Positions 26,460-35,785 of a stretch of 40,097 nucleotides of DNA are shown piece by piece. Origin of the DNA: Selenomonadaceae bacterium (lineage in GTDB: Bacteria > Bacillota > Negativicutes > Selenomonadales > Selenomonadaceae). Position numbers and translations under genes: made by a program. Position 1 is the first letter of the stretch. Each line of letters starts with the position of its first letter. The stretch spans positions 1 through 40,097 of the forward strand of contig JAFPCE010000099.1 in the NCBI GenBank assembly GCA_017390245.1, read 5' to 3'. The notes beneath the pieces were generated by a model. The model was not told the DNA's origin and did not search any database. It saw only the letters and a list, made by a program, of their open reading frames with translations.

Positions 26460-27653
26460 TTATTTTTTCAGCTGTGCCTCAGTCATATTATAGGCCTCAG
26501 CAATAATTTTGTTATCTGGTAAAAGCTCCTGGGCTCTGGCTAAATCTTTCATAGCTGCCTTGTATTTGTGCTGCAGTGCCAGCAGGCTGCCATGGTTATA
26601 CAGGGCCAGGGTATTATCTGGATCATGCTTTAGTACCTGGGTATAGCATTTTTGCGCAGCTTTGATTTCGCCGGCAAATTGTAAAATCTGGGCCTTGCCC
26701 AATAAAGCCTGGCTATTGGCAGGTTCAACAGCCAGCACCTGGTCATATTCCTTCAGCGCCAGGTTATCCTTGCCCCATTCACGGAAGATATCACCTCGGC
26801 TGAGACGGGCAGAAAGGTGAGCTGGCTTTAATTTTAAAACCATATCGTATTCACGGAGAGCTTCTTCATAGCCCCCCTGCTTTTTAGCCAGCTGGGCTAC
26901 TGTTTCGTGCGCCAGATAATCCTGGCCGTTTTTCCGGGCCACCTGGCGGGCAGCCTCCAATACGCTATCTTCATAGTCAGGCTTTTGGGCCTCCCGCCAC
27001 AGGGTGATAATATCCTGGCCGTAGTGAGTACCTGGAACAGCCCATTTGCCGTTTAAGTCTGGCCAATAGGTGGCAGTGCCATGATAATCAGGATATTTAG
27101 TCACCAGAATCTCGTAGCGCGGGTCTACCAGAGCCTGCTTTGGCAGCTCCTGGGTGGCATAAGCCAGCAGGTGCTGGATATGGGCACGGACACCACGCTG
27201 GGGAGTCAGAAAGCTGTAGCCTGGGGCACCGTGGCCAACAGCCCCCAGACCGCAGTAGTTGTTCTGGTTTGGCTTTACATCATTGCCATAGCGGAAAAAT
27301 CCAGTTTCCTTCAAGGCCTGGCAGAGAGCTATGTCGCCCCGGACACCTTCAATAGCTGCCTCGCTGTAGTAGGCGGCCACCAGCTCCTCCAGGGTGCAAT
27401 TGATTTTAGGCTCATCATTGACGCTGCGGATATAGCTTACCATCTGTTCCTGGGGAATGACAGCTTCTCCCAGAATGGTAACAGCATTGGTATCTATGGC
27501 AGCTTTAGGTACTGCCGGCCATTCTACCAGGGGACGGTAACGCCAGTTATCAATAGTTGTATCATTGGCAGATACTGCTGAGGCAGTGCTTATCATAATA
27601 GTTGCCGCCAAAAGAGCAGTGCCAGTAAACCTGCAGAATTTATTTTTAAACAT
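26460..27653 (-). CDS. Secreted glucosaminidase-domain (GH73-like) protein with C-terminal TPR repeats
   Basis: Signal peptide; IALCQALKETGFF, QNNYCGLG, GVRAHIQHLLAYA, LNGKWA..GTHYG; C-terminal ~34-aa repeats (A...Y..VL...P). Confidence 0.82.
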   Translation of the reverse strand: MFKNKFCRFTGTALLAATIMISTASAVSANDTTIDNWRYRPLVEWPAVPKAAIDTNAVTILGEAVIPQEQMVSYIRSVNDEPKINCTLEELVAAYYSEAAIEGVRGDIALCQALKETGFFRYGNDVKPNQNNYCGLGAVGHGAPGYSFLTPQRGVRAHIQHLLAYATQELPKQALVDPRYEILVTKYPDYHGTATYWPDLNGKWAVPGTHYGQDIITLWREAQKPDYEDSVLEAARQVARKNGQDYLAHETVAQLAKKQGGYEEALREYDMVLKLKPAHLSARLSRGDIFREWGKDNLALKEYDQVLAVEPANSQALLGKAQILQFAGEIKAAQKCYTQVLKHDPDNTLALYNHGSLLALQHKYKAAMKDLARAQELLPDNKIIAEAYNMTEAQLKK

Positions 27654-27776
27654 AAGAAACCTCCATGGTCAATATTTGTTTTATTATAGCATATATTTTC
27701 AATTTACACAGAAAAGTGAATTTGACTTAAATGCGGGCAATAACTCATGTAATTTCTGTGTGAGGATTTTAAAATA

Positions 27777-27870
27777 AAATCTGATAAATTTAGTCGGAAT
27801 TATTGACATTTAGATTTAATGCTCGTACAATAAGGTGAAGATTAAATCTGAGTAATTTAATAAGAATTAT
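27777..27870 (+). promoter_or_regulatory. suf promoter flanked by two Rrf2/IscR-type boxes
   Basis: TTGACA (27803-27808), 17 bp, TACAAT (27826-27831). 27-bp repeats aaatctgataaatttagtcggaattat (27777-27803) and aaatctgagtaatttaataagaattat (27844-27870), 22/27 identical. Confidence 0.72.
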
Positions 27871-27900
27871 TAAGAGAGCTTTTAGGAGAGTATATACATT

Positions 27901-28686
27901 ATGAGCACAAATTTATTGGCAATTAAAAATCTGCATGCCATTGTGGCAGGCAGTAACGCACAGGAAAATAACAGCCAGCAGGAGGTAAAGGAAATTCTCC
28001 ATGGCATTGATTTAAATATTGGCCAGGGAGAGGTGCACGTTATCCTTGGTCCTAATGGTTCTGGCAAGTCTACTCTGATGAACGTCATTATGGGGCATCC
28101 CAGCTATGAAGTAACTGAGGGCAGTATCGAGCTGGAGGGTGAGGACATTAAGGAGCTGCCTGTATATCAGCGCAGCCGCAAGGGCATATTCTTATCCTTC
28201 CAGAATCCTGAGGAAATACCTGGCATTACCGTAGAAAATCTGCTGCGTACTGCTAAGCAGGCTGTAACAGGAAAACCAGTAAAATTGATGAAATTCCGCA
28301 AGGAGCTGGAAAATACCATGACAGAGCTGCAAATAGATAAGTCCTATGGCCAGCGCTACGTGAATGTAGGCTTTTCTGGCGGTGAAAAAAAGCGCAACGA
28401 AATCCTCCAGCTTTTAATGCTGCAGCCGAAGCTGGCACTGCTGGATGAGACAGATTCCGGACTGGATGTAGATGCAGTGCAGATTGTTTCCCAGGGCATT
28501 CAGAAATTTCACAATGAAAATAATGCCTGTCTGATTATTACCCACAATACCCGCATTTTAGAGCAGCTGCAGGTGGATAAGGTGCATGTCCTGTTACAGG
28601 GCAAAATTGTGGCTGAGGGAGGCCAGGAGCTGATAGATAAAATTAACAGCCAGGGCTTTGGCTTTCTACAGAATGAGCAGGAGTAG
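27901..28686 (+). CDS. sufC: Fe-S cluster assembly ATPase
   Basis: GPNGSGKST, GIFLSFQNPEEIPG, GFSGGEKKRNEILQ, LDETDSGLDVD. Confidence 0.96.
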   Translation: MSTNLLAIKNLHAIVAGSNAQENNSQQEVKEILHGIDLNIGQGEVHVILGPNGSGKSTLMNVIMGHPSYEVTEGSIELEGEDIKELPVYQRSRKGIFLSFQNPEEIPGITVENLLRTAKQAVTGKPVKLMKFRKELENTMTELQIDKSYGQRYVNVGFSGGEKKRNEILQLLMLQPKLALLDETDSGLDVDAVQIVSQGIQKFHNENNACLIITHNTRILEQLQVDKVHVLLQGKIVAEGGQELIDKINSQGFGFLQNEQE

Positions 28687-30101
28687 TGAGTAATATGGAA
28701 AAAAAGAAAACCTATGTGGAGGATATTGAACGTACCTTATACGATATCCGCAATGAAGACCGCTCCAGCTACAAGGTAGAGCAGGGGCTGACTGAACAGA
28801 TTATCAGGGATATTGCCGCTAAAAAGCATGACCCTCAGTGGATGCTGGACTTCCGGCTGGGTTCCCTGCAGGAATATTACCGGCAGAGCCTGCCAGAATG
28901 GGGGCCGGATTTATCTGAGCTGAATATGGACCAGATTGTTACCTATGTGCAGCCTGATGCTAAAATGGCTGGCCGGTGGGAGGATGTGCCTGAGGACATC
29001 AAGGACACCTTTGACAGACTGGGGATTCCCGAGGCAGAGCAGACTTCCCTGGCAGGTGTAGGAGCCCAGTATGATTCAGAGGTGGTATACCACAGCATAC
29101 AGGAGGATTTAGTCAAGCAGGGGGTTATCTATACAGATATGGAAACAGCCCTCAGGGAGCATGAGGCTATTGTCAGGGAGCATTTCATGCAGCTGGTACC
29201 GCCGAAGGATCACAAATTTGCTGCTCTTCATGGTGCGGTATGGTCTGGGGGATCCTTTGTCTATGTGCCAGAAGGCGTAAAGGTAGAGATTCCGCTGCAG
29301 TCATATTTCCGTCTCAATGCTGCTGGTGCAGGGCAGTTTGAACATACCTTGATTATTCTGGAAAAAAATTCCAGCCTGCATTTTATCGAAGGCTGTAGTG
29401 CACCAAAATACAATGTAACCAACCTGCATGCCGGTTGTGTGGAGCTGTTTGTGGGAGAAGGAGCAAGGCTCAGATATTCCACCATTGAAAACTGGTCCCG
29501 CAATATGATGAATTTAAATACTAAGCGAGCCATTGTGGAGAAGAATGGCATCATTGAATGGGTGTCAGGTTCCTTTGGTTCCCATGTATCTATGCTGTAT
29601 CCTTGCAGCGTACTGCATGGGGAAAATGCCCGCTGCGAATTTACGGGCGTGACCTTTGCCTCTAAGGGGCAGAATCTTGATACTGGTGCCAGCGTCATTC
29701 ACGCAGCACCATATACCTCTGCTAATATCAGCACCCGCACTATATCTAAATCGGGTGGCCAGGCTACCTACAGAAGTGCAGTAAAGGTAACAGAGAAGGC
29801 ACATCACGCGAAATGCTCTGTTAACTGTGAATCCCTGATGCTGGATGATATTTCCCGGTCAGATACACTGCCGGCCATGGATATCCAGGGTGACGAGGCA
29901 GATATCGGCCATGAAGCAACCATTGGCCGTATCAGTGATGAAGCGGTATTTTATCTCATGAGCCGCGGCATCAGCGAGGATGAAGCCAAGGCCATGATTG
30001 TCCGGGGCTTTGTAGAGCCTATTGCCAAAGAACTGCCACTGGAGTATGCAGTAGAAATGAACAATCTGGTTAATATTGAGCTGGAAGGTGCAATGGGTTA
30101 A
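28686..30101 (+). CDS. sufB: Fe-S cluster assembly scaffold
   Basis: WEDVPEDIKDTFDRLGIPEAE, GVGAQYDSE, GQFEHTLII, EGCSAP, HEATIGRI. Start GTG 28686 or ATG 28695. Confidence 0.96.
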   Translation: MSNMEKKKTYVEDIERTLYDIRNEDRSSYKVEQGLTEQIIRDIAAKKHDPQWMLDFRLGSLQEYYRQSLPEWGPDLSELNMDQIVTYVQPDAKMAGRWEDVPEDIKDTFDRLGIPEAEQTSLAGVGAQYDSEVVYHSIQEDLVKQGVIYTDMETALREHEAIVREHFMQLVPPKDHKFAALHGAVWSGGSFVYVPEGVKVEIPLQSYFRLNAAGAGQFEHTLIILEKNSSLHFIEGCSAPKYNVTNLHAGCVELFVGEGARLRYSTIENWSRNMMNLNTKRAIVEKNGIIEWVSGSFGSHVSMLYPCSVLHGENARCEFTGVTFASKGQNLDTGASVIHAAPYTSANISTRTISKSGGQATYRSAVKVTEKAHHAKCSVNCESLMLDDISRSDTLPAMDIQGDEADIGHEATIGRISDEAVFYLMSRGISEDEAKAMIVRGFVEPIAKELPLEYAVEMNNLVNIELEGAMG

Positions 30102-30113
30102 CAGGAGGAAAAA

Positions 30114-30947
30114 ATGGCAGAAAAAATATTTAGCAAAATTCCTATGGCCACATGGCGCTGGCTAGGTGTTAATAACGCCACGGCAGAGGAAGAGCTTCTG
30201 GCAGTGGCAGACACCCGCAGCTTTAAGATACCAGCGGGGACAGATAAAGAGGCGGTAGTGGTCATCAGGCAGGAGCAATATGGCAAAATACAGGTGAAGC
30301 TAGGTGAAAATTCCAGACTGAAGCTGACTTATGTACAGCTGGCAGATACAGATAAGGATTATGCCGGGGAAATAGAAATACAGCTATCTGACGGAGCTCA
30401 GCTGGAAATGGCAGCTGTAGAGGCTGGGGGCAAAAAGGCTGTTTCCAAGGTGCTGGTAAATCTGGCAGGCAATAGCTCCAGGGCAGATGTGTCAGTGCTG
30501 TACCTGGGAGATAAGCAGCGGGTACTGGATATGAATTATGTTATGGTACAGTCTGGGAAAAAATGTGAAGCTAAGCTGGAGGTTTATGGTGCACTTTTAG
30601 ATAAGGCAGAAAAAATCTTCCGGGGGACTTTAGATTTTAAACGGGGAGCTAAGGGGGCAGCTGGCCAAGAAAAGGAGCAGGTGGTAGTTTTATCCAGCCA
30701 GGTAAGAAACCGCTCTGTACCGCTGATGCTGTCTGGTGAATCAGAGGTAGATGGCCATCATGCAGTATCCATAGGTAAAATTGATGAAGCTAAGCTGTAT
30801 TACCTCATGAGCCGTGGCCTGGAAATGGCTGAGGCGAAAAAACTGGTGGTGGAGGCAGCCTTTGCACCAGTAATGAGCAGAATAACTGATACAGAACTGC
30901 AGGGAGAATTGCAGCATTATATAAAGGAGCGATTGTCTGATGCTTAA
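30114..30947 (+). CDS. sufD: Fe-S cluster assembly protein SufD (short form)
   Basis: FRGTLDF, NRSVPLML, GHHAVSIGKIDEAKLYYLMSRGL; operon position. Confidence 0.9.
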   Translation: MAEKIFSKIPMATWRWLGVNNATAEEELLAVADTRSFKIPAGTDKEAVVVIRQEQYGKIQVKLGENSRLKLTYVQLADTDKDYAGEIEIQLSDGAQLEMAAVEAGGKKAVSKVLVNLAGNSSRADVSVLYLGDKQRVLDMNYVMVQSGKKCEAKLEVYGALLDKAEKIFRGTLDFKRGAKGAAGQEKEQVVVLSSQVRNRSVPLMLSGESEVDGHHAVSIGKIDEAKLYYLMSRGLEMAEAKKLVVEAAFAPVMSRITDTELQGELQHYIKERLSDA

Positions 30948-32172
30948 CCAGGATTATAAAAAGGATTTTCCTATATTGCAGCAAACCATGCAGGGAAAGC
31001 CTTTGGTATATTTAGATAACGGAGCTACTACCCAGAAGCCTGACAGTGTCATTGCAGCAGTCAGGGATTATTATACTCATGCTAATGCCAATCCTCACCG
31101 GGGAGCCTATGAGCTCAGTGTTCAGGCCACTGATATTTATGAAAACGCCAGAGTAAGGACTCAGAAATTTATTAATGCCCAGCACAGCCATGAGATTATT
31201 TTTACGAAAAATGCTACAGAGTCATTAAATCTCATTGCTTACAGTTATGGACTCAGTACCCTGCAGCCAGGGGATGAAGTGGTGATTTCCATAGCGGAGC
31301 ACCACAGCAACCTGGTGCCATGGCAGAGAGTGTGCCAGCAGAAGGGAGCTACGTTAAAGTATATATATCTGGAAAAGGATGGCAATTTATCCCAGCAGGA
31401 TATAAATGAAAAAATCACTGCCAAGACAAAAATCGTGGCAGTGACTCAGGTGTCTAATATTTTAGGACTGATAAATCCAGTAAAGGAAATTGTAAAAAAG
31501 GCCCATGCAGCAGGTGCTGTAGTGGTAGTCGACGGTTCTCAGTCAGTACCTCATATAAAGGTGGATGTACAGGAGCTGGATGCAGATTTCTTTGTGTTCT
31601 CCGGCCATAAGATGCTGTCTCCTATGGGCATTGGGGTGCTGTATGGCAAGGAAGCCCTCTTAAATGCTATGCCGCCATTTCTCATGGGTGGTGACATGAT
31701 TGACTATGTGGAGGAGCAGCATACCGAATACGCTCCCCTGCCAGCAAAATTTGAAGCAGGTACCCAGAATGTAGGTGGTGCAGCAGGATTGGTGGCTGCT
31801 ATAGATTATCTGGAAAATTTCGGCATGGAGAAGGTGGCAGATATTGAGGCTGAGCTGGTGCAATACGCCTTAGAAAAGCTGGCAGATATGCCATATATTG
31901 AGCTGTATGGCTGCAATAGCAGGCTTGACAACAAAACAGGCATTATTGCCTTTAATGTCAGGGATGTGCATCCTCACGATGTGGCGACTATCCTGGATGC
32001 CCAGGGGGTAGCTGTACGGGCAGGCCACCACTGTGCCCAGCCGCTTTTAGCTTATTTAGGACAGAATGCCACTTGCCGGGCCAGCTTCTATTTTTATAAT
32101 ACTAAAGAGGATGTGGACAGATGGCTGGCTGCTTTAAGCAAGGTGAGAGGAGTGTTAGGTTATGGAGCTTGA
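30940..32172 (+). CDS. sufS: Cysteine desulfurase, SufS type
   Basis: YLDNGATTQKP, EHHSN, FSGHKML (PLP Lys), RAGHHCAQP. Confidence 0.96.
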   Translation: MLNQDYKKDFPILQQTMQGKPLVYLDNGATTQKPDSVIAAVRDYYTHANANPHRGAYELSVQATDIYENARVRTQKFINAQHSHEIIFTKNATESLNLIAYSYGLSTLQPGDEVVISIAEHHSNLVPWQRVCQQKGATLKYIYLEKDGNLSQQDINEKITAKTKIVAVTQVSNILGLINPVKEIVKKAHAAGAVVVVDGSQSVPHIKVDVQELDADFFVFSGHKMLSPMGIGVLYGKEALLNAMPPFLMGGDMIDYVEEQHTEYAPLPAKFEAGTQNVGGAAGLVAAIDYLENFGMEKVADIEAELVQYALEKLADMPYIELYGCNSRLDNKTGIIAFNVRDVHPHDVATILDAQGVAVRAGHHCAQPLLAYLGQNATCRASFYFYNTKEDVDRWLAALSKVRGVLGYGA

Positions 32173-32581
32173 CAGCATTTATACAGAGCTGATTGCCGAG
32201 CACAGCCGTTCAGCAGAAAACAAACATCCCCTGGCCTTTCCTACAGTTACACAGAAGGGCCGCAATCCCAGCTGCGGTGATGAAATTACTTTGCAGCTGC
32301 AGGTGAAAGATGGTGTTATAGAGGATGCAGCCTTTACTGGTATAGGCTGTGCCATTTCCCAGGCTTCTACCTCGATTATGATTGATTTAATTAAGGGAGA
32401 GACTGTGGAGCAGGCTAAACATCTGGCAGATTTATTCCTGAAGATGATTAAGCGGGAAATTAATGATGAAGCAGAGCTGGAGGAGCTGGATGAAGCTCTG
32501 GCCTTAAAAAATATTTCTAATATGCCAGCCAGGGTGAAATGTGCTGTGCTTTCCTGGCATACACTGCAGCAGATAATATAA
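32162..32581 (+). CDS. sufU: SUF system sulfur-transfer protein (NifU-like)
   Basis: NPSCGD, GCAISQAS, PARVKCAVLSWH. Confidence 0.95.
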   Translation: MELDSIYTELIAEHSRSAENKHPLAFPTVTQKGRNPSCGDEITLQLQVKDGVIEDAAFTGIGCAISQASTSIMIDLIKGETVEQAKHLADLFLKMIKREINDEAELEELDEALALKNISNMPARVKCAVLSWHTLQQII

Positions 32582-32632
32582 AATATGGCCGGCAGTATTG
32601 CATTATATATAGCAAGCTGCCAGCCTGTATTT
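32581..32632 (+). terminator. Hairpin after sufU
   Basis: aaatatggc-c-ggcag...ttgc / gcaa...ctgcc-a-gcc-tgtattt imperfect stem. Confidence 0.55.
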
Positions 32633-32652
32633 ACAATTAAATTTTGGCAATA

Positions 32653-32749
32653 GAAAAAGGACGAAGAAAGCTTCGTCCTTTTCTCAACGGTTATATGACG
32701 TCCACCGCAATCAACACTTACAAAGCGATGAGGCCACTTCCTAACCTGT
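32653..32749 (-). ncRNA. Candidate structured orphan small RNA (~97 nt)
   Basis: Near-consensus promoter upstream; long G-U-containing hairpin (32689-32746); perfect 12-bp terminator stem (32655-32682) with T-tract; no convincing ORF. Confidence 0.62.
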
Positions 32750-32754
32750 ATGTA

Positions 32755-32783
32755 AGTATAGATATTTTTACCTAGAATGTCAA
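32755..32783 (-). promoter_or_regulatory. Sigma-A promoter of the candidate sRNA
   Basis: TTGACA (32783-32778), 17 bp, TATACT (32760-32755). Confidence 0.75.
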
Positions 32784-32836
32784 GCAAATATTAGTAAAAT
32801 AATTCAAAAACATAATTGTTTCACACACAAAGACTA

Positions 32837-34090
32837 TTACTTTGCCAGTGTACAACTGTCCATTAGTAATCCATCGTGGGAATAGCAGTTAACAGTTAAT
32901 TTTGTCTCTGCAGCAGTTAGGGTTAAATAGTTATCAACTTCCGGCTGGGGCAGCATCACCTTATCAAAATGTCTGGTGCGGGGCACATCATAACGGCAGT
33001 TGCCAGCATTGCCTGTGTCAATATAAACAGGGCCATCCAGGGCGGGCCGGAAATTTTTAATGTGGTCATGGCGCCGGTAGGTATGCTGATGGGCTGTCAG
33101 CACCAGGTCGATATTAAGTTCATCAAAGTATGGCATGAAAACCCGGCCTACAGGATCAATGCTGTCATAAGGGTTGTCTGTTAGGGCAGCTTCATAGTTA
33201 ATGATGTCCTTGTGCATCAATACCACCTGCCATTTAGCTGTGGAAGCTTTTACCACTTGCGTAAGCCATGGCAGCTGGCTGTCTAGCAGCCCTGGCTGCA
33301 GCGGGTCAAGCTCTTCCATCATAGTATTAAGCACAATAAAATGTACAGAACCATAGGTGAAATCATAATAATACCGCTGCCATTTAAGGCTGCCATTGCC
33401 AGGCAGGGCAAAAAAGCTTAAAAAGGCCTTAGGCAGGTGGCAGAGCCATTGCAGGTTATAGGTTTCATGGTTGCCCATAACTGGTGCAAAGGGCAGCTGG
33501 GGCAGATGCTTTTCTATGGCCTGAAACCACTGGCGCCACTGGAACATGGCGGCACCATTGTCCACCAGGTCACCCATGTTCACAAAGAAAGCTGCATCTG
33601 TATTTTTGGAGAAGCCGGTTTCTGCTACATTGTGCCAGGTAGCATATCCATCGGAGCATTGGGAATCCGGGAAAATTAAAGCTTTAAAAGGTTGATTTGC
33701 TGCTGGTACAGAGAGTTTCTGCCAGTCAGAGGCTTCGTTGTCCTGGATAACCTGATAGCTATAAATATGGCCTGGCTGTAAGCTTTCCAATCTGGCGGTG
33801 CAGATATAAAAATCTTCATCTCCCAAAGTAAATTTATCAGTTTTAGGAGATATGCTGGATACGGATGCAGCTGCATCATTCAGTTTGTATTGCAGCTGCA
33901 CATTGCCATGGGGCTGCAGGCTATGCCACATAATAGTACGGCAGCATGGGTCTTCGGCCATAAGCTGACGCAAAAAAATAATATCGCTTTTACTGCTGGC
34001 GCTGGCAGCTTTTAATCCAGGCAGACACAGACTCAGCAGAGCTGCAGGTAATAGCTTTAAGAAGCTGCGGCGTGAAATGTCCGTCATCAT
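32837..34090 (-). CDS. Tat-exported purple acid phosphatase-like metallophosphoesterase (Fn3-like plus calcineurin-like domain)
   Basis: SRRSFLK twin-arginine signal; DSQ, GDLVD, GNHE, VLMH, AHQH metal motifs. Confidence 0.88.
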   Translation of the reverse strand: MMTDISRRSFLKLLPAALLSLCLPGLKAASASSKSDIIFLRQLMAEDPCCRTIMWHSLQPHGNVQLQYKLNDAAASVSSISPKTDKFTLGDEDFYICTARLESLQPGHIYSYQVIQDNEASDWQKLSVPAANQPFKALIFPDSQCSDGYATWHNVAETGFSKNTDAAFFVNMGDLVDNGAAMFQWRQWFQAIEKHLPQLPFAPVMGNHETYNLQWLCHLPKAFLSFFALPGNGSLKWQRYYYDFTYGSVHFIVLNTMMEELDPLQPGLLDSQLPWLTQVVKASTAKWQVVLMHKDIINYEAALTDNPYDSIDPVGRVFMPYFDELNIDLVLTAHQHTYRRHDHIKNFRPALDGPVYIDTGNAGNCRYDVPRTRHFDKVMLPQPEVDNYLTLTAAETKLTVNCYSHDGLLMDSCTLAK

Positions 34091-34234
34091 GAACCTCCTG
34101 AAGGTGTCTTAATATGGATATTTAACAAAAAACATTGTACAATAGCATTATATGTAAATTCAGGAAAAATTAACATACCTGATTTAAAGTAAGCTAAAGC
34201 TGTTGCTATACGCTGATTATAAATAAAGGAAGTA

Positions 34235-34708
34235 TTGCGTAATATGGATAATATGATGAAAAGCATAATGGAAAAAAAGCTGCAGGGAGAAATTTCAGAT
34301 ATAACCCGCCACCATTTGGAGAATTTTTATAAGGATAATCCTTTTCCAGAGGTTATTGGTCTGCATATAGAAAATATAGAATATGGCAGTGTAACCATGC
34401 GCCTGGATGTGAGGCATGACCTGACTAATTTTTATGGCATTGCCCATGGGGGTGTAGCCATGAGTCTGGCGGATACAGCTATGGGTGCTACCTGTCTGTC
34501 CTGTAATAAAAAAGTAGTAACCCAGGCCCTGAATTATAATTTTATCCGGGCGGCTGTAGAGGGAACCAGGCTCATAGCCACTGGCAGGGTTATACATAAT
34601 GGTTTAAAAACCATGGTGTGCGAAACGGAAGTGAAGGATGAGGAAGGGGAGCTCTATGGCAAGGCTACAGGCACCTTCTTTGTCATAGGCGCTTTTGATG
34701 GCAAATAA
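34235..34708 (+). CDS. PaaI family hotdog-fold thioesterase
   Basis: NFYGIAHGGVAMSLADTAMG motif; start uncertain (TTG 34235 or a downstream ATG). Confidence 0.88.
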   Translation: MRNMDNMMKSIMEKKLQGEISDITRHHLENFYKDNPFPEVIGLHIENIEYGSVTMRLDVRHDLTNFYGIAHGGVAMSLADTAMGATCLSCNKKVVTQALNYNFIRAAVEGTRLIATGRVIHNGLKTMVCETEVKDEEGELYGKATGTFFVIGAFDGK

Positions 34709-34806
34709 TGACTCTGGATTAAGAGATTATTTACTGCTGGGAAAACAGAAAATCTCCTGACTTTTTCTGCAGCAGCTAAAAACATATAAAAATATATAAG
34801 GAGACG

Positions 34807-34837
34807 AAAAAATACCCGTGGCTGGCCACGGGTATTT
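34807..34837 (-). terminator. Intrinsic terminator (probably bidirectional)
   Basis: aaatacccgtggc-tg-gccacgggtattt with an A-tract on the left. Confidence 0.8.
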
Positions 34838-34876
34838 GTGCTTTATATGCAATTATGTAATATGCTGTTGAAAATA

Positions 34877-35740
34877 TTACTGAACGTTCATGGAAAGAGT
34901 GATGAACTGGTTAGCCATCTGTACCTTCTGGAGAACTGCTTCAGTAACTACAGCACCCTTTTCTACCAGTACTACGCCTTCAGCGTTGGTAATCTGGCGG
35001 GTAACCTTCTTGCCTAAGAGGTAACGGCGCTGTCTGTCCATGGTAACCTTGTCTGCCTGCTGGATATCGTTGTCAGCCTTTGGAGCTGGAGCAGGTTCTG
35101 GCTTTACCTCTGGAGCAGGCTCAGCCTTTGGCTCTTCCTTAACTTCAGGTTTTACCTCTGGAGCAGGCTCAGCCTTTGGCTCTTCCTTAACCTCAGGCTT
35201 AACTTCTGGAGCAGGTTCAGCCTTTGGAGCTTCCTTGACCTCAGCCTTTGGGGCTACTGGTTCAGTTTTTTTTTCAATGGTATCAGAATCGATAACGGTT
35301 ACCTGCTTACCAAAAATGGAAATCTGCTCGCTGCTGGTCTCAGAGAGAGAACCGTCAGCACTTTCGATTTCAACCTTTTCAATTTTGCCGGTTTCGCCAA
35401 TATAAATTTCTACTACCTTACCCTGGATAGTACCGGATTTGGTAATAGCCTTGGTGCCGATAATCTTGATATTCGCATCAAGCATTGCCTCATAATCACC
35501 AGCATCCTCAAGGGTGAGAATGTTTTCACTGTTGGTAACGGTAACTGCATCATGACCAATAGCAATAACAGAGGAATAAGGCAGCAGCTTGACACCGCGG
35601 TACCAATCCTCATCCTCGATGGTAATGGCTGCGATGGTGCCATTTTTAGCATCAACCAATAAGGTTTTGCTCATACCTAGCTCGCGGCCCTCAGTGATAC
35701 TGATAACTGGAAGGCCAAGAATTTCTACACTTTTCTTCAT
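34877..35740 (-). CDS. Tandem PRC-barrel protein with Pro/Glu/Val/Lys-rich repeat linker
   Basis: EILGLPVISITEGRELG...LPYSSVIAIGHDAVTV and IIGTKAITKSGTIQGKVVEIYI are PRC-barrel patterns; AGGAGG RBS. Confidence 0.82.
   Translation of the reverse strand: MKKSVEILGLPVISITEGRELGMSKTLLVDAKNGTIAAITIEDEDWYRGVKLLPYSSVIAIGHDAVTVTNSENILTLEDAGDYEAMLDANIKIIGTKAITKSGTIQGKVVEIYIGETGKIEKVEIESADGSLSETSSEQISIFGKQVTVIDSDTIEKKTEPVAPKAEVKEAPKAEPAPEVKPEVKEEPKAEPAPEVKPEVKEEPKAEPAPEVKPEPAPAPKADNDIQQADKVTMDRQRRYLLGKKVTRQITNAEGVVLVEKGAVVTEAVLQKVQMANQFITLSMNVQ
35103..35246 (-). repeat. Three 48-bp in-frame tandem repeats (KPEVKEEPKAEPAPEV)
   Basis: Units at 35103-35150, 35151-35198 and 35199-35246; differences are mostly at silent positions. 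Confidence 0.9.
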
Positions 35741-35785
35741 GGGAATTCCTCCTGATTTTGAATGAAATTTGGGAATTAATAAATT

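Noticed and set aside
32179-32787. 202-aa minus-strand ORF
   Set aside because: Starts inside a -35 element, runs through a terminator and is antisense to sufU.
35103-35246. Regular repeats as a CRISPR array
   Set aside because: Contiguous in-frame 48-bp coding repeats with no unique spacers; no cas genes.
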